Part shown: positions 23,909-38,669 of the stretch, one piece after another
Position numbering within the stretch: position 1 is the first letter of the stretch
Layout of the letters: each line of letters starts with the position of its first letter
From: Blepharisma stoltei ATCC 30299
Taxonomy: Eukaryota; Protista; Ciliophora
Length of the DNA stretch: 64,000 nucleotides
Direction: 5' to 3'
Assembly (NCBI GenBank): GCA_965603825.1
Contig: CBFDEM010000012.1
Location: forward strand, 124,001 to 188,000
Notes under the pieces: generated by a model
The model's database searches: none
Told to the model about the DNA's origin: nothing
What the model saw: only the letters and a program-made list of their open reading frames with translations
Translations under genes and position numbers: made by a program

Positions 23909-26044
23909 ATGTCCAGTGATAAAAAAATTTGATGGGATGCAGAGTTGAATGATATGTATGGCTTACTGTATAGCTTCAGTATATCATTTGCTCTATTTTC
24001 AATAGCTTCTAGACTTCTTTACTACATACTTATAGGAAATGACTTTTCCATGTTCCAATTGTGATACTTGCCTTTTCACTTTATAGTAATATTATTAATC
24101 AAGCGATATCAATTCAAAGACTCAGATTCAAAAGCAGCTATCGCAGTTATTGTGGCAGAAATTTATAATATTGCTTATATTTTTACTAATATTACGAGTC
24201 AGGAACATTTTGGAATTTTGCATTCATTTTCAATTTTATTATTAACCAATTTGGAGCTACCAATGATTAGAAGCAAAATTGTTTTTAATCTTGCAATTCT
24301 CAAGCACATTTATATATGATTTTTTCATCCTCTTATTTTAGCTAGAAAATCAATTTCTCTGACAATGCTACAGTTTAATTCACTTTTTGCAATCATTCTC
24401 ATTTGCAATGCTGCAAGTATTTATAGAAAAAAGATATCATTCGACAAATATATTCTTATGAAGGAAATTAACTCATCTAAAGAAAGATTTGAAATTATCA
24501 CACAAGCGTTTTCAGATGGGATTATCATTATTTCTGAAGATCAGAAAAATATTGAGTTTTTTAATTCCAATATTTTATCATTATTACAGTGCAATTCAGA
24601 TAATATCTACCCTGAGCTGATGAAATGCCAGTACCTTCCTAATAGAAAAGTATCAGAATTTACATCTTCAAATTACCTAATAGATGATGTAAATCATATT
24701 TATAACAATCCTGCAGAATCAGAAATTACACTAGGGATAACTCTTTCTAATGAGATTAATTTAGAATGAAAAGCCAGAAAAATTATTTGGGAAAATAAAA
24801 AAGCAATCTTTTTGTCAACTAGAAATGTAAATCAAATAATCGAGCTAGAAAAAAGCTCTTCTAACGATCGCATGAAAACAATGCTTTTGAGGTCTGTGTC
24901 TCATGACCTTAGAACTCCTCTCAATGCAATAATATTTTTTACTAATGAGCTACTATTGCAAGCATCATGAAAAAATGAAGAAAAAAATAAATTGCAGATT
25001 ATTTCTGCTTCTTCAAGGCTCATGCTATCACTTGTAGATGACCTACTTGATTTTTCAAAAATAGTCTCCGATGTATTTTCAATCCATAAAGTGCATTGCA
25101 CAGTAAGAAATATTATTTATGGTGCGTGTGAGTTGATAAGTTTGCAGGCTAATAAAAAAAACTTGAAATTAGATTGCAGGATTGACCCATTAATTCCAAA
25201 TTTTATATATACAGATCCACTTAGATTAAGCCAAATTCTTCTTAATTTGCTAAGCAATGCTTTAAAATTTACTCTTAGAGGAACAATTGAAATTTGCTGC
25301 GTTTTAAGCTCTAAAAACAAGCTGAAATGTTATGTTGAGGATACTGGAATTGGAATGTCTGAGCAACAAAGAAGTAAGTTATTTACTGAATACAGTACTT
25401 CTTATATACCAAGCATAAACCCTCAAGGCTCAGGATTGGGCCTTTGGATTTCAAACTTTTTAGCAAAAGAGCTGGGGAGTCGCCCAATAAAAGTAGTCTC
25501 TACTTTAGGAAAAGGCACCACATTCAGATTTTCAATAGACATATTTGAAAATCCATTTCCTCCACCAAACTGTGAGAAATTTATTCCAATAGAATCAGAA
25601 AACACTAAATCAATCCATTTAGAGAAATATTTGGAGCTTAAGCATTCAGAATCATATGATATACTTATAGTCGATGATAATGATTTTAATAGAATCGTAT
25701 TAGGTTCTATTTTTTCACAAAACCAAATAACATTTGAGGAGGCGTGCAATGGCGATGAAGCTGTTAAAAAAGTAGTGTCTTATGATAAAAGAGGGAAAAT
25801 GTATAGCGCTGTTATCATGGACTGCGATATGCCAGTACTTGATGGATTTGAGGCTACCAAACTGATTAGGAAATTTTATCAGGACGGAAGCATTAAAAAA
25901 CTACCAAATATTATAGGATATTCTGCTTATAGCTCAGATAAAGATAGAATTGCTTGCTCAGAGTGTGGGATGGTGGATCAATTAATCAAACCTTGTTCAC
26001 CTGAAAGCATAATAAACACTGTCAAAAAGTATATGCTATGCTAA
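23909..26044 (+). CDS. Membrane hybrid histidine kinase HK2 (class A), 711 aa
   Basis: MSSDKKI[W]WDAE start; SHDLRTPLN, NLLSNALKFT, DTGIG, INPQGSGLGL, MDCDMP. Confidence 0.93.
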
Positions 26045-26218
26045 AAGTAAATTAATGTTGAAAATTTTGAATAAAAATAGATGGCTAGTTAAATTATTGA
26101 TTTATTTTTATCTAGACTTTAATTATTATATCAAATTGTAATAATATCCTTTTCAAATATCAATAGGCTCAATTAATAAGTAAATTTAGTTAAATGCTAT
26201 TTTCAAGATTTAACTTTC

Positions 26219-26947
26219 TTATGAATTATTTATTAAAAAGTTCTCATTTTTTATTGACTCAAGCTCAAAAATGAGCTGCTTTTCGAGATCATTTAAAAGT
26301 TCCTCTTGATTATAAACTTCTTTAGGAATATTTTTAAAGCCATTTTGATTGCTCTGTATAATTTCGTCAACAATTTCATTATAATCTACTTTTTCCTCAA
26401 CTTTGATATCTCTGCAAATCAATTCATTGTATTTATTATTTAAATCTTTCGCAGAAATATTGATAGTTTCTAATTCAACATTCCAAAAATATCTAAATGA
26501 AACAATGAATTCAGGAACAATACAACAGAGAATAAAGGTGAAGATTCCTGAATTCTCATTTAAGTCTATTTTCGCTCGCAGCCCAGAAATAGCTAACATT
26601 AATTCTGGGTTTGAAATAATTTTTGACGCTGAAATAGACTCTATAATGAGCAGTCAATAAATAATTTCTACTTCGCTCATCATTAAGACTGTAGAGAGAT
26701 AGAACACTTTCTTGTAGAAATTTGGAATTTGATATGATAAATGCGTTTTAGTTGAAAAATAATGAAGAAAATATTGACGAAAATAAGAAACAGGCTGAAT
26801 TAAGTAATTTCGAAGATTTCTTTGATAGTTGGCGTAATGCATTTTCATTGCGTTTGAATTGCCAAATAAATTAGGAACCTCATTACTGCTTAAAATTTCT
26901 TGATGCATTCTGCAAGAAAATCCTTCAGACAGCATGCGCTTTTCCAT
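26219..26947 (-). CDS. Hypothetical protein, 242 aa
   Basis: Two ORFs in one frame joined by TGA at 26654-26656; TAA stop. Confidence 0.72.
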
Positions 26948-28248
26948 TTTAATACAAATGAGGTTTTTGATTCTTATAAATATATGAATGAGATTTTAAT
27001 AGTGAACAAAATATAAATTAAGATCTAATTTACTATGTAAAAATTTCTTATAAAATAAAGCCTCTATCTGAAATTTAGCAATGTAGGCTTTTTATGTTTG
27101 CTTTAAAAAAAATTGATCCTTTCTAATTAGAAGGCTTCTTCATCTGTTTTTGCTGGCAAATGTATGCATTTTCATTTACTGAGCAGCCTATATATACCCA
27201 CAATTTTTATTTGCTATTGGAATCATGAAAATAAATTTTATTATAAACATGAATAATAGCTCTTTAATAAATGTTTAACTTATAAAGCTAGTTTAATCAA
27301 TTGTTTTAAATACATTAATTTCAGATAAAAATATTACTGGCTGCGAGCTTTTGAGAGGAAATAAAGAAAAGCACCTTTAATTAATTTAATTAAAAATTGG
27401 CTATTTATTTTATTTTAAATTAAATTAAAATAAAATATTTATGATAAATCAGTAAGTTTATTATATGAAATAAAAATGAAGGCTTCTTTTCCCCAGCAAA
27501 ATAGTTAATTATTAAATCTAAATTTAATAGTTAAAAGGGATAATTTTTTACATAGATATAATGAGATATATCAATATTTATTTCAAGAATGCTAAATATT
27601 TTACTTAGATCATTATCCAAGTTATCCGCAAAAATTTACGAAATTAAATTTTAACATTTTCAAAACCTCTATTAACAGGAATTATTGTCTCTTAAAGCCT
27701 TCTAAATATTATAGCCTCCTCTCTTGCGAGTAAATAAATTTGCTTTTGGTTAATAAGGCTCTTTATTACTAATGGGCTTATTTTCCAACTTTTGACTTAT
27801 TCATCAAGCCAACCAACACCTTATTTTTTTAAATTTTCAAAAGCCTTTACGAACTTGATATTTAAGAATTGCTTTCTTGGAAGAACTAATAATATTTTAT
27901 GACATAAAATTCCTATTTCTAATAATAAAATCCATTTTATTTATCATTTAGGAGCCATATTTAAAGCTAGATCATCAAATAAGACATTATTTATCATATT
28001 CAAAGCTAAGCATAGCACTCTTATTTCATTTAGAATTATCTATCATCAATATCTTTCCTATAAAAACTACCCATTTTAACAGCTCATTTCATTAACAAAT
28101 TTTTGCTTTTTTATTTCTAAGTTTAGTTCCCCAAAAAATAATTACACAAAATCCTCAAAATAAGCTTATTTCTCTTAACAATCCTAAGCTCAATTTTTCA
28201 CCTTCAGAAATAGCTTTATATCGTTCGCGCTGAACAAGGTTTTAATAA

Positions 28249-30384
28249 ATGGCAGTATATAAGAAACTTTGGTGAAGAGAAGAAGTCCAAGACATGTATG
28301 GACTTTTATTAATGTTTAGTCATATTTTCGCAGCTTTTTCAATGAGTTCAAGAGCAATTTATCTTTGCTTCACAAGATGCCCTTTGTCAGTGAACCACCT
28401 AGCATATTTTATAACTCACATTACGATTATATGTATTGTTAAATATTTTGATAAAAAGAATTGGAAAATAAAAGTGATAATTGCTGTATTTGTAACAGAA
28501 ATTTATCACACTATGTATATATTATCTTATTTAGAAGACCCTGGAAACCCCTCGATGCTCCAAGCATTTATTATGATTCTCTTGACAACATTGGAGCTAC
28601 CAATGATCAAAAACAAAATTCTTTTTAATTTATTATTAGCAAAACACATATATATCTGGTTTTTGCATCCCCTGATATTTGAATCAGGTCTCTTTTCAAT
28701 GACCGTGATCCAGTTTAATTCAATTTTTGCAATTTTTCTACTTGGAAATGTCGCAATTTATTGCAAGCATAAAGTATCATTTGAAAAATTTGAGCTTCTT
28801 AAAGAAGTCAAATTATCGAAAGAAAGATTTGAAATTATTACGCAAGCTTTTTGTCATGGAATAATTATAATAACCGGAGAAGGCAAAATTGAGTATTTTA
28901 ATTCAAGCGTTTTAAATTTCTTACAGTGTCTGCCTGATTGTATTTATTCTGAAATATCAAAATATGAATATTCGCCAGGGCGAAAAGTATCAAACTTCAA
29001 TGCGTCAAAATTTTTAATTGACGACATAAATTATTCATATTATAATCTAAATTCTCAAGAAGCCACACTGGGAGTGACTTTTTATAATGAAATCAACCTT
29101 GAGTGAAAAGCAAGGAAAATTGTCTGAGAAAATAAAACAGCGATTTTCCTCACTTCAAGAAATGTAAATGAAATTATGGAACTTGAAAAAACAGTTACAA
29201 ATGATCATATGAAATCCGTACTTTTAAGGTCAGTGTCGCATGAACTAAGAACGCCTCTAAATGCCATTAGCTTTTTTACAAGCGAATTATTGGTCCGCTC
29301 TGGTTTTTCGAAAGCCCAAGAAGAAATGGGAAAACTGAAAATGATTTTGACATCATCAAAGTTAATGCTTTCCCTTATAGATGATTTACTTGATTATTCT
29401 AAAATAATTTCTGGAGTTTTTACTATAAGAAAAACGCATTTTGATATAAGAAATGTAATACAGAGTGCATGTGAACTTATAAGTCTGCAAGCGAGTAAGA
29501 AAAATTTGAGGCTGAGCTATAGAATTGATCCAATGATTCCTGAAATTGTATATACCGATTCTTTAAGAGTCAATCAGATTTTGCTTAATTTATTAAGCAA
29601 TGCTTTAAAATTTACACTGAAAGGCTCAATTGAAGTTTGCTGCAATATCAATTCCAAAAACAGACTGAAATTTTGTATTGAAGATACAGGGATTGGTATG
29701 TCAGAGCAGACTACTTGTGAGTTATTCACAGAGTTCAGAACATCATACATCCCAAATATAAATCCTCAAGGTTCTGGGCTTGGTCTTTGAATATCAAATT
29801 TCTTAGCCAAACAGCTTGGAAATGAGCCTATCAAAGTAAAATCATCTCTAGGCAAAGGCTCTCGATTTCAGTTTTCCATAGATATTTTTCAAGTTACTCC
29901 TATAGAAACTAAGCACTATAAAGCCTTGCCTGAAGAAATAGAAAAATCTCAAGCAATTGAAATTTCAAAATATTGTGAATTCGAAGCTTTAAGAAACGTT
30001 GACGTTTTAATTGTTGATGATAATGAATTTAATAGAGTAATATTAGCGTCAATACTTTCCCAAAGCCATATCAGCTGTGATGAAGCTTGCAATGGAAAAG
30101 ATGCCTTAAATAAAGTACTTGCATATAATAAAAAAGGGGGAACATATAAAGCTATAATAATGGATTGTAATATGCCTGAAATTAATGGATTTGAGGCGAC
30201 AAAATTAATTATAAAATTGCAAAGAGATGGGGATATCAAAAGTTTGCCAAATATTATTGGATATTCAGCTTATAGCTCTGATGAAGATAAAAACGCATGC
30301 TATGAGTGCGGAATGATTGACTATTTAACAAAGCCTTGCCCACCTGAAGTTGTTATAAGTACAATCCAAAAATATATTCAATAG
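28249..30384 (+). CDS. Membrane hybrid histidine kinase HK3 (class A), 711 aa
   Basis: MAVYKKLW[W]REE start; SHELRTPLN, NALKFT, INPQGSGLGL, MDCNMP; TAG stop. Confidence 0.93.
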
Positions 30385-30547
30385 CAATTTGGTGGTGTAA
30401 ATAATTCTTTAAAAAATTATATATTTTAAAATAAGATATCAATTAACTTATCTATTGTTTTAATTCAAATTATTCATCTAATTAACGTAAAATTAACTTA
30501 AAACAAATATTTACAGCTATACATAAAATCACATTAATACTTTTATA

Positions 30548-32640
30548 TTATAAATATCCTCGAACCGAGTTTATAATCTTTTCAGGAGGGGAAGGCTTTG
30601 GTAAATACCCTACCATTCCTGATTCAAAACAAAGTTTAACATCCTCGTCAGAATTATAAGCAGTGTAGCCAATAATCCTTGGCATGTTACGTAATTTGCC
30701 TTCTCTAAACATTTGATCGATTGCCCTTGATGCTTCTCAGCCATTCATCTCAGGCATATCACAGTCCATAATTATAACTTTAAATGGCTGATCTTTAGTG
30801 TCTCAAGCCAAAACTTTTTCTATTGCAATTTTACCATTTGAAGCTTCTTCGTATCCAGCTCCATATTTTTTAAATATTGAGCCCAATATTTCTAAGTTAA
30901 ATTCCATATCATCAACAATAAGAATTTCTTGTGAATTTAACGGTTTTGAATAGTTTTGGTTTGAGATAACGATTTCTGGTCTTGAGTCGTCTTTTTCTCC
31001 ATTTCTCAAAACTTCACAAACTTCACTAATAGGGTTTGATTCAAAAATTTCAATTGAGAATTGAAAAGTCGATCCTTTATTAGGAACTGAATTAACTTTA
31101 ATTCTTTTTCCACCTAGTTGTTTAACAAGAAGGTTAGAAATATATAGTCCTAAGCCACTCCCTTGTTTTTTAATCGTTGGGAAGTGCTGACTACCGAAGT
31201 TTGTGAATATTTTTTGAATGATATCATTGTCAATGCCAACACCTGAGTCCTCAATGTAGCATTTCATCATCATTTTGGCAGTAGTTACACAACAGATTTC
31301 AATTGCACCTTTATAAGTGAATTTTAAGGCATTGCTCAATAAATTCAGAAAAATTTGACTTAGCCTGAGAGGATCAGTATAAATTTCAGTAGGAAGGTTT
31401 GGATCAATTCTGCAGATAATGTCTAAACCTTTTTTTTTGGCTTGAATTTCCAAAAGTTCGTGGGTATTCTTTATAATTTCACGGATATCGCAATAGGATT
31501 TTTGCACTGAAAGTGCCCCAGAAAGAATTTTTGAATAATCAAGCAGATTATTTATCATGGAAAGCATTAATTTGCTTGAAACAGCAATAATCCCTAGCTT
31601 TGTGTGCTCCTCTTCAGAGCATACAAGCGTAGGACTATCCAAAAGCTCATTTGTGAAGCAAATAATTGAGTTTAATGGAGTTCTTAGCTCATGAGAAACA
31701 GATCTCAAGAATAGTGTTTTCATCTTATCATTGGCGATTTTATTTTCAAGCTCAATAATTTCATTTGCATTCACTAATGATAAAAATAATGAATGCTTAT
31801 TTTCTCATAAAATGCATCTTGCTCTGCATTCTAAACTTAAGGAGCCAATTAAAGCAATTCCCAAACTTATTTCTTCAGAGATACGATTCTGAAGTAAATA
31901 GTTTATATCAGCAATTAGAAAATTAGATGAAGTGAAGTTTGATAATTTTTTATTATGGCAATATTCAACCGTTTGGATCGTTGAAGCTAGATTTTCTGAG
32001 GTCGTTGATAAAAGTTCAAGGGTTCGATTCGAAAAATATTCAATTGAAGTTGTTTCTGACATAATAATTATGCCAGTGTTAAGAATTTCGGAAAGTGCTC
32101 TGAAGCGATTTTTGGATTCTGTTATTTCTTTCTGGCATGAAATACAATTTCTAAGTATTTGCGATCTGTTTGTAAAAGCACAGTAAATAAGTATGAGCAG
32201 AAATATGGCATAGAGGTTGACAGCTTTTCCCAAAATAATCCAAATAAATACTGTTGCCCTATAATACCAATAGTTTTCTTGTGAACAAAAATCTACCATT
32301 AAGCAGGAATTTATATAAAGATCTGTTGTTGAGATCAATTATAATAGCAGATTTGAAATTAATAAAAATAAATTTTTAGGATTGGTAATTTTATTGATCA
32401 TAAATATTTTTATACTTAAGGCTAACCTTTTTTGAATGCCGATGATTAAAATTATCATCAGTAAATGACAATCAGTAAACATTAATAAAATAAAATTGAT
32501 TTATTAATTAACTTTTGTGCTAAAAAGCATAAAAATTTAGCTACCTAACAAAATTTAGTGATTACTCGCAGAATGATTAAATTCATATTAATTCAGATAT
32601 TTTCTGTGCTTCTTGTTTTCTTATTTTATTGGTCATGCAT
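30548..32640 (-). pseudogene. Inverted hybrid histidine kinase HK4 (class B): intact PAS-like/kinase/receiver, disrupted 5' TM region (pseudogene, or a truncated gene starting at ATG 32299)
   Basis: Open frame 30548-32338 (SHELRTPLN, NALKFT, GSGLGL, MDCDMP). In-frame TAA at 32339-32341 and 32501-32506 lie in sequence still homologous to the paralog TM region (FTDCHLLMIIL). Confidence 0.7.
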
Positions 32641-33785
32641 TAATTTAATTCAAAATAGGTGCATGTCCAAATAATTTCCGCAAAATTTAACCTTAAAACT
32701 AGGTAGCAGAGATAAAGAAATTAATGTAAGGGAAAAAATTAGGATTCAATAGGACGTAGATTAGCGTAGTCTTAAGGGATTTTGAATTTTTTCACATCAA
32801 CAGATTTTTCATTAATCAAACAGAAAATAATTATGCAAGAAAGAAAGAGCTTAAAGCACTTTCTTCATGTGAGCTATGTGTATTTGATCTTCAAATACAG
32901 ATAGTGAGACAAATTTTTATCAAGCCTTATCAGTGCCAAAGTTTAGCTAGCCAAACTGAAATTTAGTTCGTCATTCGCCATGTATATTAGAGCATTAAAT
33001 GTCCACTATGCTTATGGAAGAGAGATTTTGGACTTCCTCCAAAAGCATAATATCTTTCTGTCAAGCTCATAACTTATTTTAAAAGATAATAATTTTTAAC
33101 TAAGCCATTAAATTTTTGAATAAGCAAAATCACTAAAAATTTTTATAATTATATCATTTTGAGCTACAATCAACAGCTAGAGAAAATACTTAAATTTTTG
33201 GATTAATATTTGCTAATTTATTCATTTTCATCGAGTACTTTTTTATTATTTTTAAGAACTTTATAAATTTATTTAACCCTAATTTTCACATGCAAATGTT
33301 TTCATATTTAAAATTCATGAGTAAAAATAATTGATGGAACTATGCTATATAATAAATGGTAATTTATAGGTCTAAAACGGAATAGTGATCATTAATTTTA
33401 AATTATTTTCTATAGGCATGCTTCTGATCATATTTATCTTTAAGAATCAGTCAGTTGTGGTGGTTAATCCTTAGGCCAGTCCTTATTCAACTATAGTCAT
33501 ACTTTGAATTTTTTGGAACTGCTTGCAAGCAACTGAAGCTGACTCAATTCAATTATCAAATTTAATTATAGCTCAAAACGATTTAAATAAAAAAGAATTC
33601 TGACAAAGCCGATAAAATTAAAGCATATTTTAGGATGTATAAGAAAATGAACTAAAACTTACTAGAAAATTAAAAGTATTAAATATTCTTTATGATGGAG
33701 ATTTTTTACGAGCTTCATTGAATTTTGATTTTTTAAATCCCCTACACCTGCAACCTAAAAAAAGAATTATGATTAATAGTAATAA

Positions 33786-35912
33786 ATGTCTAATAATACA
33801 TATCTGTGGTGAGAAGAAGAAATTAAGTATAAATATCAGCTACTAGTCTATTTCAGCTACGGATTTGTTACAGTTTCATCAATATCAAGACTTCCTTTTA
33901 TCATATTCTCTCCTTTATCAATTTGAAGAGAATTTCTGAAGAGAATTATCCATCACTTCCTTGCTGTTATCTTTTTAAAATTTTTCGAAAGGAAATCTCC
34001 AAATATGAAAGCTATATCAGGAATTATCGCAATAGAATACTATCACTTATTGCTATTTTTATCATCCTGGAACATTAATCCCTATATATTGGAGTTGTTC
34101 TCATTTTCACTGACAATAAAGCTGGAACTCCCATTTGTACAAAATCGAGCAATTGCAAATTTAATTTTGCTCAAGCACTTTTATGTTTGATGCTTTCATG
34201 GAATAATCTCTGGAGATAACTCTATAAGCCTTGATATGTCTTTTTTTAGGTCATTTTTAACGATATTTATAATTTGTAATATTGGAGAGTTTTATTTAGA
34301 TAAAGTATCTTATGAAAAATTTAATTTCAGCAAAGAGCTAGAGGTATCAAAGAAAAGGCTGAAAATTATAACTGATGCATTTCCTGATGGCATATCTATA
34401 ATTTCCAGGAATCGAACAATTGAGTTTTTCAATGGCAATATAATAAGTTTGCTAAACTGTGAAAGTAGTGATCTTTATTATGAAATATCTCGATATGAGT
34501 ATTGTCCAAACCGAAAAGTTTCAAGTTTATCTTCTTCAAATTTGCTTATTGATGATATTTCTGAAGCATTTGATTATCTAGAAAATGATGAAATTACACT
34601 AGGAATCACCTTTTTGAATAATGTATACTTAGAGTGAAAAATCAAAAAGATCACGTGAGAAGATGCTCCAATGCTTTTCTTGACTGTAAGAAATGTAAAT
34701 CAAATCATTGAACTTGAAAAAAGTATTGCCACCGACAATATGAAAACTGTGCTATTAAGGTCAGTTTCTCATGAACTTAGAACTCCTTTAAACTCGATTG
34801 AATATTTTATTAAGGAAATAAGTGAAAACTCAAAATTTCAAAGAACCGAAGAAGAAAAGAAAAATTTGAAAATAGTTTCTGTTTCTTCAAAATTAATGCT
34901 TTCACTTATAGATGACTTACTTGACTACTCAAAAATTCTTGCTGGAGTTTTTACAGTAAAAAAAACTCAATGCGAACCAATTCATATCATTAAAAATTGT
35001 TGTGAGCTTGTCAGCATGCAAGTGGCAAAGAAAAATTTGGTATTGATTTGTAGACTCGATCCAAACATTCCTAGCTTAGTTATTACAGATCCTATTAGAC
35101 TAAGCCAGATTTTGTTAAATTTGCTCAGCAATGCTTTAAAATTTACATTAAAAGGATCAATAGAAATTTGCTGCACTTATACTCTGAAAAGCAAATTAAA
35201 AATTTCTGTAGAAGACACTGGAATGGGGATGACTGAAGAAATAAGGCAAAGGCTTTTTACCGAGTTCAGCACATCTTATATCCCTAGCATTAACCCTAGA
35301 GGCTCAGGACTCGGCCTTTGTATATCTAACTTTTTAGCAAAGCAGCTTGGAGGAAAGCCTATTAAAGTAAAATCGATACCTGAAATTGGCTCGACATTTT
35401 GGTTTTCAATAGATGTTTTCCATGAAAATTCCTCTGTCCCTCGATGTGAAAAGCTCTTTCAAGTAGAAAATGAAGGAAAAATACCCTTTGATATGAAAAA
35501 ATATGAATCCTTAAAAAATTCTGGACTCTCAGATATCCTCATTGTCGATGATAATGAATTTAATCGGATTGTTCTTTCAGCTATAATTGAACAACAAGGC
35601 TGGTCTATTGAAGAAGCATGCAATGGCAAAGATGCTTTAAATAAAGTCATTGCTTGCAATAAGAGAAATCATATGTATAAAGTCATTGTTATGGATTGTA
35701 GCATGCCTGAGATGTCAGGATTTGAAGCTACAATGGAAATTGTAAATTACTATAAAAATGGGAAAATCTCCAAGATGCCCTCAATTATAGGGTATTCAGC
35801 TTTCAACACAGATGAAGATAAAAATGTCTGCTTTGAATGTGGGATGATTGACTATTTAACTAAACCTTGCCCTCCAGAAAAAATTACATCAGCTATAAAA
35901 AAATATTTATAG
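33786..35912 (+). CDS. Membrane hybrid histidine kinase HK5 (class A), 708 aa
   Basis: MSNNTYLW[W]EEE start; SHELRTPLN, NALKFT, INPRGSGLGL, MDCSMP; TAG stop. Confidence 0.93.
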
Positions 35913-36252
35913 AAGGTAAACTAAAAAACCAATTAATTTCTTGTAGTGATGATGGTCAGCTTTCTCTTTATTAGCAAGGATATTAAAAATATAAGTTCAA
36001 TTGCTTTAAATTAATTAAAAAATTAAATTCCTAAAAAATTTAGCTGCCAAACATAGTTGAGCCATTTATTAAATAAGAAATATCAAAATTGTTAAATTTA
36101 AAAGCTAAGAGTTAATTGCTGTATTTATCAATTTAATATAAATCCCTTAATTAGTTTAATATTTTTTGGAAAAGATTCTTGAAGAGGATTCAATTATATT
36201 GCAATATATTTCTCATATAAGGACTGTATAATCAGTGAAATTAAAATAATAA

Positions 36253-38394
36253 ATGATCGATCTAAAAACGCTATGGTGGCAAGAAGAAACAGAGTTCATC
36301 TTCAAATTTCTGTCTAATGTTGTAAAATTAGCAATTATAGTAGATGGGCTGGCGTTTGTGCTTCATTGAATACTTGGATTTCCCAGCTGAAAGGCAACCT
36401 TTATTCCAGTGATGGCATGCCACTTCTTAATTGCTATCCTTATTTGAATAAAGCCATGAAAAAAAACAATCCATAAAAGCATTATTCTAATAATCGTTAC
36501 AGAGTATTGAAATATCATTTTTTTATGTTTTTCTTGAACTTATAAAACTGATTCCAGATGCTTATTTGAATTATGCAGTTTATTTACTCGATTCCATGTT
36601 CAATTTCCTAGTATAAAGTCAAGATGGCTTTTCAATGCAGTGATGATTAATCATATCTATATTTGGCACATACACAATCTGTTAGATAGCAAAAATATAG
36701 AATTATCTATTCTTATTCCATTGATGAGGATTCTAATTCTCATATTTATGTCAAACAAATGGCATGAATATATATTAAGTGTTTCTTTTGAGCGGTTTTG
36801 CGCAAGAAAAGAGCTAGAAACAATGTCGAATAAGCTGAATTCAATAGCCAGAGCCTGCTTTGATGGGATATTAATAGTCTCCCAATGCGAAAAAATAGAT
36901 TTTTTGAACAGCAGATTACTGGAACTTTTGGAGGCAACTTCTGATGGGCTGTACACATTTTTAACTAGAATTGAATACTGCAAAGACAGAAAAGCCTCAA
37001 CTTTTACTTCATCAAATAAGCTAATTGATGATATTAATTTTTTATTCAATGACCCACATCAAGAAGAAATAACCCTTGGCATCACACTTATTAATACTTT
37101 GCATTTAGAATGAAAAGTAAGGAGCATTACTTGAGAAGAAAAGCCTGCGATTTTTTTGGTAGTCAGAAATGTAAATAAAATAATTGAATTGGAGAACAAT
37201 ATAGCAAACAATAAATTGAAAAATTTCATTTTCAGGTCTGCATCACATGAACTTAAAACCCCATTGAATTCTATTATATATTTCACAAAAGAGGTTATGG
37301 GAAATCTTATGATTTCACAGCCTTTAGATGACATGATAAAAAAACTTAAAATTGTTTCGATTTCTAGCAATGTTATGTTAACGCTTATTAATGATCTCCT
37401 TGATTATTCAAAAATTTTATCGGGCGTTTTTAAAGTTCAAAAGCAATTTTGTGGGCTAAATCTTCTGATTCAGAATGTTTTTGAGCTGATGCAACCACAG
37501 TCAGATAGAAAAGGATTAATTTTTATAAGTAGAATTGATCCTTCCATCCCAAAAGAAATTTTCATAGATCCTGTGAGATTTGGGCAAATTCTGTTAAACT
37601 TGGTTAATAATGCTGTAAAAAACACAATAAAAGGCAAGATAGAAATTTCTTGTATCATGACCACAAGAAACACTATGAAATGCTGCGTTGAAGATACAGG
37701 AATTGGAATTAGCCAGCATATATTAAGCAATATCATTAAGGATTTTGAATCTAGCAGCATCATATATTCCTGCGCGAAAGAGGTCGGACTTGGCTTAGGA
37801 ATATCTAACTTGCTAGTTAAGCAATTAGGGGGTAAATGCATTAAGGCAAAATCAAAAATGGGTAAAGGCTCTAAATTCAGTTTTGATATAGAGATTTTCG
37901 AAGAAAGTATAAATGCATTTGATTTCGAAAAACACTATTTTAAGCCTGCCAGCGAAGATATTAACATTGAAATGGTTACCAAAATTAGAGAATTTAAAAA
38001 ATCTCAAAAGCATGATATTTTGGTTGTTGATGACTCAGAATTCAATTTACAAATAGTAGCATCTGTTTTAAAGAACTATGAAATGTCTTTTTCAGAAGCC
38101 TTAAATGGAAGAATTGCTTTAGAAAAAATAATAGAAGAAGATCTAAGAAATATTCCTTATAAAGTCGTTATTATGGATTGTGATATGCCTGAAATGAACG
38201 GATGAGAAGCCACAAAGCGGATTCATCAGCTGTATAGTGAAGGAAGAATTAAAAATCTACCGAAAGTTATTGGATATTCAGCCTATACCTCTGATGAAGA
38301 TATAAAACTCTGCTTTGATAGTGGGATGATTGGGTATTTACCAAAGCCTTGTCCTCCTGACGACATAATCAAAGCTATTGTTAAATATTTGTAA
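36253..38394 (+). CDS. Membrane hybrid histidine kinase HK6 (class B), 713 aa
   Basis: MIDLKTLWWQEE start; nine in-frame TGA; SHELKTPLN, NNAVKNT, KEVGLGL, MDCDMP; TAA at 38392-38394. Confidence 0.92.
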
Positions 38395-38669
38395 ATGTCA
38401 AATAGTTGTTTTATCACTGTAAATAATTCTCCATTTATTTGCACTTAACTATCCCTTTTTAATAGCGCAAATAGCAATTTTTCCTTAATCAAAGTTTACA
38501 TATTCATTACTAATTAAGCACTTGTAAAAACAACTAAAGCTACCTCAAATGACTTAAAATTTTAAATTGTAACTCCCAGCATTTTGATAATAATCTGGCA
38601 TAAGCAAGATTATCCATTTTACTCATTAGCTGTGAATCAATAATTAATTTAACAAATATAAGTCATTTA

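Noticed and set aside
32333-32399. Retained IES in HK4 (7-bp inverted repeat GATCAAT/ATTGATC around the apparent insertion)
   Set aside because: Not TA-bounded at both ends, excision would not remove the stops at 32501-32506, and short inverted repeats are common in AT-rich DNA. No other gene here shows an IES-like interruption.
32700-33560. Slightly GC-richer intergenic stretch with short ORFs and a gcttgcaagc palindrome
   Set aside because: No sustained frame even with TGA=Trp, and no recognisable tRNA, snRNA or snoRNA structure. An Infernal search would be needed.
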